From Balanoglossus misakiensis (lineage: Eukaryota > Animalia > Hemichordata), in contig CM082582.2 in the NCBI GenBank assembly GCA_040954595.2, positions 11,337,483-11,401,482 on the forward strand: 64,000 nucleotides of DNA. The letters are read 5' to 3'. The translations under genes were made by a program, and so were the position numbers. The stretch's first letter is position 1, and every line of letters starts with the position of its first letter. The notes under the pieces are model-generated. The model was not told where the DNA came from. It saw only the letters and a program-made list of their open reading frames with translations, and did no database searches. Below are positions 54,101-64,000 of the stretch, piece by piece.

Positions 54101-57100
54101 TTTGTGTAAGTGTTCAGTGCATTGGTGCTTAAAGATAAAAACTGGCATTTTACAGGACTCCCTACATAATTTTCACCTGTAATTTATGTGTAGTTATTTT
54201 TATTTGCTTAGTTTCCTGTTTGGTGACCTTTTCAACCCGTTTCTTTTTACAGCGTAGTCAAACCCATGTAAAGTAGGGCAAATGTACCATTTTATTTAGC
54301 GCTATTTATTCAGAAATAGTAATAGAGCCCAGTAGCAGTAGTAATTTTGATTATTGATAAGAATGCAAATTGATGTGTAATAAACAGAGCATCCCGCTGT
54401 TGGTCACCTTTGTGCCTGGCATTTGTTAAATTTGCGTTGAAAGAAGCAATCGTCTGGATTAGGTGAATCAAGACATGGAAGGGAGATAATAGGAACAATT
54501 GCGGAAAAGATCCTCCTTGTGAAGTGGTGTGATTGAATGAAAAGAAGTGGGGATGCTATCATGACTAACTGATGCCAATTTCTGACTGCAGTTATGTAAC
54601 CGGGTGACTTTGTTTTTCATTTCAGCTGCTGACAAAGATGGCACCTCTTCTGGGAGCAGACATCACAGTCAGGGTTGTCCTGCCAAGATTTAGTGAGCTC
54701 TGCACAGATTCTTTGTTCCACATACGGAAGGTATGCCACTTCTGTTCAGAATACTGAAGGAAGAGTCCATATCTTTTTATCTTGTTTCCCTTTCTTCATG
54801 ATACCATGCTTGTATCTCTTTGCCTTTCTTGTCATAATGAACTCCCATGTCTAAGTTTTATTTTAATGCATCTCTTCCAATGAATTACACTGCTACTCTG
54901 CCATTACAAATAATTGCGTTTATTTATCTATTTGTGCGCAAAAACTGCCATCTTGTATTTCCCTGCCATCTTGTGTTGCGCCAAAATTTGTCACAAGACG
55001 AATGTGTGTGGGGTGATCCACTACTTAGGGGGTGCAGTAGGTCAGAGGTCAATATATGGCTGCTTTGTATCTGGCATGCCACAGGTCATAGGTCAGCGTT
55101 TAATCGCTAAACTGATAGCAAATCTGTGATATTTTCCCACCTGTCTCTTTTCTTTTTATTCCTTTTCATTATACTTTTCTAAGGTACCTAAGAAAGGCAG
55201 CACATTCCTCAAGGCCAGTACACTATCAATTTGCCTGCTCGCTCATTGTCCTGTGAAAGGAATTAAACGATTTTTAACCAGGAATGAATTTTCTCTCCCG
55301 TCAAGTGTTTGGTGTGTGCTGTAACCAGTAACCTGATTTGTTCTTCACAGTTGCCCTCATAACATTTGCTTACTTAGTTTGCTTCATGTTGGGCTTGAAA
55401 CTTGACACATTGAGTGACTCTACACTCTCGTAATCAAGATTTTGTCCAAGGGTTACTGAGACCATTCTATCAAATTTGTGCAGTCTTTAAAACAAAGTAA
55501 CCACACTTGGCATGTCAAAACAAAACAAGCTTACCCTGCCTTTGTATAAGTGACGGCCCAACTGTGGCCACTCGACCCACAAAAGGGCCAGTAGTTACAA
55601 CTTGTGGTAATTTCTTCATTCTTTTCTTTTCTGTGTGTGAAGACAACTGTTTCTTTTTTCTATCTTTTTCACGATGAATTGCATACCGGGAGGGGATGTC
55701 AGTGTCCCGCATATGTGTATGATCATGATTGAACAATGTGACTTGCATTTTGCACTGTTTGATAGATTTAGGTCCACAAAACAAACAGCATGGTGGACTG
55801 TGTTTAATACTGACATGCATATGACATATACGACCTTCAGACGTTGGTTGGAATATTGACAATGTCTGCCTTGTCTTGCCCCATGCAGGTCTGTGCCGCC
55901 AATTTCGGAGACATTTGCAGTGTGGTTGGAACAGAGCACACTGAAGATGTATTGGTAAGTGTTTTTGCCTTGCAACACTGTGTGATGTTGGTGGACATTG
56001 TGTATGTACATGTGCGTGTGTGTGTGTGTGTGTGTGGATGCTGATTGTAGTCACGCATACCAAAGATCATGCAAATAAGTCACCAGAGGCGAGAAAAAAG
56101 ATGAAGTACTCCACATTGCAGCAGTGAGGAGAGTTTTAACGATTGGAAGAAACACCTAAGTCGACTGGAGTCTCTTGAGAGCCATATGGAGGATGCATTA
56201 CCGACATTTCCTCCCTATGCTTTCAGGAGTCTTCGCTTGGCTGCTAACCCAGCAACCTTCCAGATGCGGTGAGATCCGCGATCTTCTCACCAGATAGAGA
56301 TGTTTCACGGCATGTAATACGGCCTGCCATGCAGAGATTGATCAAAGGTTTTTCACCCTTTCCAGTTGTCTGTTCATGTGTGTCTACACCATCCAGAGGG
56401 GTTTAGTGACCCGTGAATTGAGTGTGAATACACTTTGCCTTAGCTTCAGCTGTGTCTATCCATCTTACTCAAGTCATGCATGGGAGTTGCTGCTCGCTTC
56501 CTTGTAAGGTTGCAGTTGCTGGTTTAATAGAAATATGGAATTCTCTTGGAAATAAGATGAGTGGTGGTTGTAATGATTGTCCAATTAGTGGTTTATTGTT
56601 CAGTGTGCGAGGGGGAGTGTTGTTTTGGGTCTGGTGTTGCATGGCCATGTTACAGGGATTTGATGGTAGAGAGGTGTTGATTGATAGATTTCACCTGTTG
56701 GGAGAAAGATATGCTTCTGCTGTAGAAACCCGTGTGTGTGGCTAGAAGTTTGTAGAGTAGAGAAGAGGAGAATGGTACTACAGACCAAGTTTTGATTGTC
56801 ATCCTTTGTGTTCTACCGTGAGGGAAAATATGTCTCTTGTCAGAGAAGCTGGAAAACTGTGGCAGTCTCTTGGATTGCTCGCGGGAATAGGACCATAAAT
56901 CACTGTGGAGATGTCCGTATCCTTCAACGACACAAAACCCCAACAAAGCTTAAGACAGTGAGAGATGAGAGTCGCATCCTCAAGAAACAATGCTCACTCA
57001 TCAGAAGAAAAATAGAACATCACTCGGCCGCGGTCTCTTGAGAGCCATATGGAGGAAATTATTGATGAAATTCTCCATGTGATCTCAATAGATCACGTCT

Positions 57101-60100
57101 GTGTGAACAATCTACACACCATTGGGAACCTGTCCTTTGGTGCTAGTCTCCCGTTTCTGTAATTTTTTGATGAAACACTGGATTTGTACAAAAGGGTTTT
57201 GGTTCATGAGCTTGTAGATAATAAATGGATGCATTTAATGATGTACATTTTGTGTTTGACAAGGATTCACGATCATGTTCATTGAATATAGAGGTCTCGA
57301 ATTCAGTTGTTTTTCAGCTTGTTTTTTCTTTAAAATCCCTAGCTGACTGTACATTTTTGAATTTAACACTTTCATACTTTCTCTCGTCAGCTGGAAAAAT
57401 TTGAATATCTGTGTGAAGATGGAGTATGGGGTGTGCGAAAGGCTTGTGCTGAGTGTTTCACACAAGTGTCGTTGTCTGTTAGCCCTGAGAAACGGAAAGA
57501 AGATCTGGCTCCAATCTTTGTCCGACTCTTATGTGATCAGTCCAGATGGGTATGTATGGCTCTTGATTTCTCTAAAGGAATAGTTTAGATAAGCTTGAAA
57601 TATGAAAATCTTTTTACTGTCAACTGGGGACTATGCCTTTTGTATATAAAATGATAAATGTGAAATGCACCTTCTAATAATTTCAGGTTCGTATGGCAGC
57701 TTTTCAAGCTTTGGGTCCGTTTATTTCAACATTTGCTGATCCTGGTAAAACAGGACTGGCGTTCAACGAGGATGGCAGTATTTCAGTCAAATTTGACGAG
57801 AACATGCTCAGGACACCAGAAAAAGAAAATAAACCGTTAGATCAGGAAAACAAGAGAAATCGGCACCACCAGAAACACCAAAAGCACCACAAGTCACCTC
57901 AACCCACGTTCATGGAAATTGACGAGAGCACGGGGACAACGAGCACGATGATATTTCTGAACAAGGATGGCGAAGACTCCAATGATCTGGAAGAAGAGAA
58001 TATTCACGTGGGGGTTGGCGAGCTGGCTTTTGCTCTCGGAGACGAAGAAAGTTCGGAAACGAAAAATGATGAATACAATACGTTTCAGTATTGGCGCAAT
58101 CCGTTACCGACGATAGATATAAATCTGAAACAGTCAGACAACAATGCAGGACAGGAAAACGATATTTACACTAGCACCACAGAAATTACAATTTCAGATT
58201 CAGCTGAATCTAACGACGGGTCTGACACCAGCAGCTCTGACAGTGCCACATGTAATGCAATGGACCCTGAAACAGTTGAGGAGGAGGAGGAGACGACAGA
58301 CAAGGTGTCAGAGGTCGCAGAGCAGGTGTCAAAGGTCAATCTGGACTTGGCCAATGGGCAACAGTCCGAGGTCAATACAGATGCCCAACATCAGGTCCAA
58401 GAAGAGAGTGTTGAAAGTGCACAGACTGCCAGTGTTCACACAACAGACGAAGAGAGTGAGGAAAGCCTGGACAAGAAATTGCACACAGCTAGTGTGAACG
58501 AAGTCAGCGAGGTGTCGGAGACCGTGCCAAACATCGGGAGCGAGCAGGTGATCTCGCAGACTCTCAATGAGAAAGCCACCAGTATGACGTTTGTGAACGG
58601 CGTCGTGCAAGACATGTTCGATGAGAGCGAGACTGACAGCGACGACAGCTCATTCGATGACAACAGATGCAGGAAACAGGTGAGTGTCACAGTTCAAGGG
58701 TCATGACCTTTGCCATTGATGCATGGTGTGGTGCAGGAGACCATACAGTCTTGTACCAATAGAGTGAAATCGTTTATTTCTGTGATTCTCTTCCTGTAGG
58801 ATGTGATTCCATCAGATTTACTCGAGCACTACCTGTCCATGATAGACCCACAGCGAGCCCAGGCTGTGGACACAGAAATTGCCAAACACTGTGCCTACAG
58901 CCTTCCAGGGGTTGCCTACACACTGGGAAGACGCAACTGGCATTGCATAAAGGACATTTACGAGACACTGGCATCTGATATGCAGGTACAGTACAATGAC
59001 AAACTTTCTGGTGTAAATACCGACAGTCCTGTGGTTGTCCACACAGTCCGTCAGCCCCACACGTTTGCTGTGAATAGAACTGTGATGAGTAATGATTCCC
59101 TTAAATGTTTCAGTCATCAGATGAACATAAATAACTTCCCATGAAATGAAAAGTACTAAAATAATGTCCAGGTAGTGACCTTTTAATTCCTCTGATGTAA
59201 TCAATTTTGCTGACGCGAAGGACTCGAGATATCTTTCATCATAAAAGGCATTCTGTGGTCACCTAAGGTCATACCAGACTCTGCAGCAATGGCCATCTTG
59301 TATGAATCCGCCATCATCAGCCTTTTCAAGCTTATTTATCTATTCTGGGAAAGGAATGTCCATAATGCAAGCAGCATATGCCCGCATGTATTGCTACGGG
59401 AATAGAAGTCTTCCGTGTGATTTTATTTTAAAAGCCTGCTATATATAGCACGTTCGCAATGAGCTGTCTCTCAGCTGTTGAGTGAAATGCGATTACATGT
59501 AGCACAATGATCTGCAGCAGCTTGTGCCGGAAGTGATCAATCTTTTTGTGTACGATCTTGTCACATCATAAAGATACCCATTTTATCTGGACTGGTCTGT
59601 CAAACTGCGAGTGGTGAAATATATATTAACTTTATGTTTTGTAATCCTCTCTCTCTCTCTCTCTCTGCTGCAGTGGAAAGTGAGGCGAACACTGGCCTTT
59701 TCGATTCACGAGATGGCGGTCATACTCGGAGATCAGCTGACCTCCTCGGACTTGGTGCCTGTTTTCAACGGTTTCTTGCGAGACCTGGATGAGGTTCGAA
59801 TCGGCGTGCTCAAACATTTAGCTGATTTTCTGAAGGTGAGTTAGTTGCATTTGTATGAATTGGTGCAATGCAGATGAGATGATGGTTGAGTTGAACTTTC
59901 AGGGGTTTTATCAATCGTGTATTCTTCTAAAGCTCATTTATCAAAACCAACACTGGGTTTTTTCCTTCCAGCTTCTGAAACCAGAGTTGAGAAAGGAGTA
60001 CCTAATACGACTGACAGACTTTCTGCAGACAGATAACCAAAGAAACTGGAGGTTCAGACAGGAGTTGGCCGTGTAAGTAGATCTGTCTTGTCAATTTTCT

Positions 60101-63056
60101 GATGGTACCAATTCTAATCTCTGGTGCGCACCTGCTGATGATCAGTGCCACCTGGTTTACGGTTGAGTTGCTTATCATTGGATGCTTGATCATTCAGTAT
60201 AATCTATGGGAACTGTATGGGTTTCTTGAGGTCAACACAGAACATGTGTTGAGCTGTGTGAGGGGGGTTTCATTACCCGTGGTTATTGATAGCATTCTTT
60301 CCATTTGCTGCCTTATCACAAAGTGTCTATCTCTTTTCCGAGTGCGGTTTTGCATGAGTAACCTTTGTAATATATCACCATTTGTTCTATCCACTCTGAT
60401 ATGCCAGTGAACTCTAAATGTGTCAATGCCCGTAACTGACTGTTCCCAACCTCGACGCAGTCTGAATGCCCTCATTCCACAAAGTATGGTGTCTGCAATT
60501 TTTGCAAATTGTGTCAGCGACCCACATTCAGCTAATTATATTAACAGTAAAAGTCAACCATTCATATCCAGACCCTAGGGGCTGATTGACCTAATTATTT
60601 TGTCAGTTGGGAAAGCTGGGATCTTCACACGGAGAAGAAAGGGCTGCGGGGATGAACTTCATTTGCTAGGTTTCACTTTCTGATATTTGAGATACAGCTG
60701 GTTTGACTGAAAGTTCACCTGCATAATTTAAAGCTCCATAAGCTGTAACTTTTTCGCTTCATCTTGCCTATACAAAAGGCAGTGTGACATATGAGGTAGA
60801 ATTCTTCCAGTCCTTCTTGTATTTGATTGACAATATGAATGTATTTACTTTATGACAATTTGACAGGCATGAGAAAGTGTATATTATCACATGTCACACC
60901 ACTCCGGGCACAAAAATGTGAAATCAGAATTCCGTGACAGCTTCCCAATTAGTACAACATGGCTTGCTATGTATGCGATGGGGCACCTGACTCTGTCAAG
61001 TTACGCAGTCTTACGTGTACGCTATGATTTGATTTTGATTGCAGGCAACTCATAATGCTGTGCGACCTGTACCAGCCCACTGATGTCATTGAGAATATCT
61101 TTCCCATAGCAATAGCTTTAGCAGGGGACCGGGTGGCTGAGGTCAGGATTCTGGCCTATAAACTGGTGAGTGTGAATGAGGACAAGACTTTTTTCTGAGA
61201 CAACCTCTGACATTTGTGTTGAATGATTTGCAAGCATGATGATTAGCACTGGGCAATGACAATCCTATGATTTCATTGCATTTCATGAGCCTCAGAAACT
61301 CATGTATCTGACCTGCTTCATATTTCAATATTTTTGATCTATTTTCATATGTCAATTAGTGGTGACCGTATCCCTTTATGAAACAGACAACCTCATTGTC
61401 ATAATTTTTAATTTCAGTTGAGTGTGACTTTGAAGAAAGTCAACGAGGATGGCATGCTGTATAGAAGATTCATAGATGACATTGTAAATAGATATGCGCA
61501 AAGTACAAGGTGGTTTGGAAGACAAACGTAAGGAAATCTGTTTTGTTTTGTGTGTGGTAGAGACACTAATAGACTGTTTGGCTGAATGCATGGATTCTGA
61601 TTAATTTGGTTTTGTCACCATTTCTTGCGCAAGTATGATGATTAGCACTGGGCAATGACAATCCTGTGATTTCATTGCATTTCATGAGCCTCAGAAACTC
61701 ATGTGTCTGACTTGTCGTGAAGTAATAATGCCGTTTAGCTATTTTTGAGATGGTGATTCATGCAATATTGTAATTGTAATTGCACTGCAGTAACCGTCAC
61801 ATCTTTCATTGAATTTCTACAGGTTTGCACATCTCTGTCATGATCTCCTCACGGAAGAATCTCTCACACATCAACAGTTTGCGTCAGAACTGCTGCCACA
61901 AATTCTCAAACTGTCCATCGATAATGTTCCCAACGTACGCATTGCTGTAGCCCGCTTACTGGCTCATCACGTTATACTATCAGGTAGACAAAATTACTTC
62001 TTACCTTTGGTGCTTTGAAAACACTAAGTTGGACCAAGTTTTTCCAAGGAAGCCTGCATATGTTTGGTCTGCTTATTTGAAATTTCTCACTTGAAAGTTT
62101 AACTCATATTGAGATGATTCTGTTTGTTTTTTTCCAGATTATTACAACAGTAAAGAAAATCCACAATACGAAACGTTACAGAATGCTATTGCACAGTTGA
62201 GGGTGGATTCCGACAGAGACGTCAGGTTTTATGCAAACTGTTCCAATAATGCGTACATTAATTTCTCCGACATGGAACTTGATGTAAGTTTGTATAACAA
62301 AGCACAAAATGTTTTGAGTGTCTGGAGCTAATGAGCATTATTTTTTGACAAAACAAGTATCCACAGTGAACAGTGTAAATGTAGTCTAGTAAGGGAAGAG
62401 GTAACTTGGAGTTCAGTGGTCATCCAATAAACTCCAACCACCAATGAGAGACTTGCAGCCAGCTGAATCTATCTCTCTTGTCTCCACACCCTGATGTATT
62501 TACACAAAATTTCTGGCATGAGTTTTATATATGTCTTTTTTTTCCATCTCTCCAACACTTTCTCTTTTGGCAAATATCTTCCTAGTTTTCTATTCACCCA
62601 GGGTTCAATTCTGTTCTCTGTAGGGCAAATTAAAAAAGCATTTAGCCTGATGCGTTTTAAAAGCGGGTGTGTGCTCTCTCTCACACAAGACAAAGGTGGG
62701 GGTCAGAAACTTTCGTTGCATCTTTTATCTTTTGGCTAACAACAGGCCTAGTGTCTGTGGGTTTGAATTTGTGTTCCGTGTGTGACCAAGCATGCCTTAC
62801 AAAATGGAGTTGCTGCATGTTAAGTGTCTTCAGCATGGTTGTGTGACTGTCTTGGTGACATTTTATCAGTGGATGCAAGTATGATGATTAGCACTGGGCA
62901 ATGACAATCCTATGATTTCAGTGCATTTCATGAGCCTCAGAAACTCATGTGTCTGACTTGCTGCAGAGGGACGTGACTGCTTAGCCTGTTTGTCTCGACA
63001 TCACATACATGTAGTAGGACTACTCATCTGTACACTTTTAGAGATATGCGCACTGA
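33160..63056 (+). CDS. PPP4R1: Serine/threonine-protein phosphatase 4 regulatory subunit 1 (HEAT repeats)
   Basis: Exons 33160-33166, 33249-33293, 43144-43267 (LSPLAKLEKY..NVFNR), 45789-45895, 47675-47817 (EPSVRAELMEQIPHIA), 49513-49659 (VRKTSQAA), 54626-54730, 55889-55954 (VCAANFGDICSVVG), 57391-57549 (VWGVRKACAECF), 57687-58679 (AFQALGPFISTF; YNTFQYWRNPLP), 58800-58985 (HCAYSLPGVA), 59674-59835 (WKVRRTLAFSIHE), 59972-60072, 61045-61165, 61418-61527, 61823-61983 and 62138-62283. The terminal exon 63042-63056 (RYAH*) is tentative. Confidence 0.93.
33975..34002. mobile_element. Second excision-footprint-like palindrome with 7-bp TSD
   Basis: GTTTCAC-CATGGACGTCCATG-GTTTCAC. Confidence 0.55.
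36088..36101. promoter_or_regulatory. RFX X-box motif
   Basis: GTTTCCATAGCAAC matches the RFX consensus GTTNCCATRGNAAC. Confidence 0.45.
38076..38169 (+). CDS. Candidate alternative first coding exon of PPP4R1
   Basis: ATCATGG start context, MEKYLLGGTCSDYDNVNEKLLLSPCIAIQSR, and a G|GTAAGG donor in phase 1 that is in frame with exon 43144. CpG-rich upstream sequence. Confidence 0.45.
41512..41525. promoter_or_regulatory. RFX X-box motif in a CpG-rich island with CCAAT boxes
   Basis: GTTGCTATGGCAAC near-perfect palindrome; CCAATCA about 45 bp downstream. Confidence 0.55.
46744..46827. mobile_element. Short TTAA-flanked piggyBac-type MITE remnant
   Basis: TTAA-TCCTTTC...ACAGGG-TTAA ends, about 80 bp, degenerate. 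Confidence 0.4.
52726..52812 (+). ncRNA. Intronic pre-miRNA-like hairpin, copy A
   Basis: 5' arm TCTTGAGAGCCATATGGAGGA pairs with TCCTCCGTAGGCTCTCAGGA using G:U pairs on the + strand; basal stem ATGGTGT/GCACTAT; core hairpin about 58 nt. Confidence 0.75.
53705..53775 (+). ncRNA. Intronic pre-miRNA-like hairpin, copy B
   Basis: Same 23-nt 5' arm (53710-53732) pairs with CCCTACATATGCTCCCAGGA. Confidence 0.72.
56156..56240 (+). ncRNA. Intronic pre-miRNA-like hairpin, copy C
   Basis: Same 5' arm (56170-56192) pairs with TCCTCCCTATGCTTTCAGGA. Confidence 0.72.
57029..57097 (+). ncRNA. Intronic pre-miRNA-like hairpin, copy D
   Basis: Same 5' arm (57033-57055) pairs with TTCTCCATGTGATCTCAATAGATC. 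Confidence 0.72.
61231..61318 (+). ncRNA. Box C/D snoRNA, SNORD88/snR76-like, copy 1
   Basis: Box C ATGATGA at 61236, guide AGCACTGGGCA with D' ATGA, box D CTGA at 61308, terminal stem AAGC/GCTT; about 100 nt upstream of the 3' splice site. Confidence 0.88.
61630..61714 (+). ncRNA. Box C/D snoRNA, SNORD88/snR76-like, copy 2
   Basis: Box C at 61635, box D at 61707, CAAG/CTTG stem; in the next intron. Confidence 0.9.
62875..62961 (+). ncRNA. Box C/D snoRNA, SNORD88/snR76-like, copy 3
   Basis: Box C at 62881, box D at 62953, GCAAG/CTTGC stem. Confidence 0.9.
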
Positions 63057-64000
63057 TTTCTGAGCATGCTTTGAAATCTTCACCAGGGTAGCAAACAGTA
63101 CACACACCTTGCATTCTTCATTTAAGCATCTTTTACTTAGCAATGGGTAGTGCAAAATTATTTGATATACCGGTAACATAGTAGGGATTATGTGAGATAT
63201 TGAACACAGAGTAACTGTACATACTGGTAGTTCTAACCACATAGCTTGCGTCTTACACTTTCACTGGTGATAATTTTTGTTTCAAGTGGCTACTATTCTT
63301 TGTCTTCCCAGGAACCACCAGTGTAGTGTGACCTTTCTCCGTATAAATAGTTCTCCTTCCAACTCCGTACAACCAATACTGTCAAAGAAGAGGGGCCTGT
63401 TCATCAACATATACGCCACAAGTGTCTTCAAGGATCCATGGTCCCCATCCAAAAGTCTTCCCAGTAAAGTCAGCTACATCCATCACTCCCATTCCTGCAG
63501 ACGGGATTTCAAATGTGACCAACATACACCTGGACGGGTTCACACCGAGATTGCTAGGGATTGCGGTGTGAAAATAAAGGTCTTTTTCATGAAAAAAAAA
63601 ATGAAAGATGTGTTTCCAGTGAACATGAAGTGTGCATTGTTGAATCAACTGAGATGGTTGAGTTCTTATCCCTCCATGGTTACAACCAGTGGCTGGGTTT
63701 TGATAACATTTCTGCCTGATGAAAGCAAGAATCTTGCGCGCTGAGAAAATGAAAGTCATCAATTGGACTACATGTATCAGATATATGAGCCATCAAGTAT
63801 ACATGCCCTATCACTCCATGGCGTTTGTTCACATAATGCATTTACTGAGCCATGCTTTGTTTATGTGTACAAAATTCAAGATGAAGAGAATAAAATAATG
63901 CCAGGACTGTCAACACCATCAGGGGAGAACCATCCAGACCAAGTCTTCTCGAGTAAAAAATAAAAATTGTGTACCTGTTCAAGATAGCGGAACGAACAAC

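Noticed and set aside
52738-57055. CRISPR-like reading of the four identical 23-nt repeats
   Set aside because: Spacing is 0.9-2.5 kb and irregular, the context is eukaryotic introns, there are no cas genes, and each copy has its own complementary arm.
57780-58679. Long acidic low-complexity insert in PPP4R1
   Set aside because: Vertebrate PPP4R1 has an equivalent disordered insert containing the YNxFxxWRxPLP motif, so it is not novel.
60130-60200. CTGATGATCA...TGATCATTCAG hairpin in a PPP4R1 intron
   Set aside because: Short closing stem only, single copy, and no convincing C/D, H/ACA or miRNA geometry.

Overview
Eukaryotic, intron-rich genomic DNA, most likely from a marine invertebrate deuterostome (hemichordate- or echinoderm-like; this is an inference). 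Gene order: two tandem GH16 beta-1,3-glucanase/glucan-binding genes (+); a 21-exon DEG/ENaC channel with 3 LDLa, 2 CUB and 2 TSP1 modules inserted in its ectodomain (+); a large gene combining a Crypton-derived DUF3504-like domain with C2H2/BED-like zinc fingers (-); FBXO31 (+), head-to-head with it; a small CAP-Gly protein gene (-); and PPP4R1 (+), head-to-head with it and spanning about 30 kb. The most notable unannotated signal is that PPP4R1 introns appear to host small RNAs. Four paralogous pre-miRNA-like hairpins share an invariant 23-nt 5' arm (GTCTCTTGAGAGCCATATGGAGG), two of them inside larger fold-back regions. Three box C/D snoRNA copies carry the SNORD88/snR76-type 28S guide. Also seen: two short palindromes with 7-bp target duplications (P-element-like excision footprints), a decayed duplicated coding-like segment, a candidate alternative first exon of PPP4R1, and RFX X-boxes. 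All exon coordinates were read by eye and may be off by a few bases.
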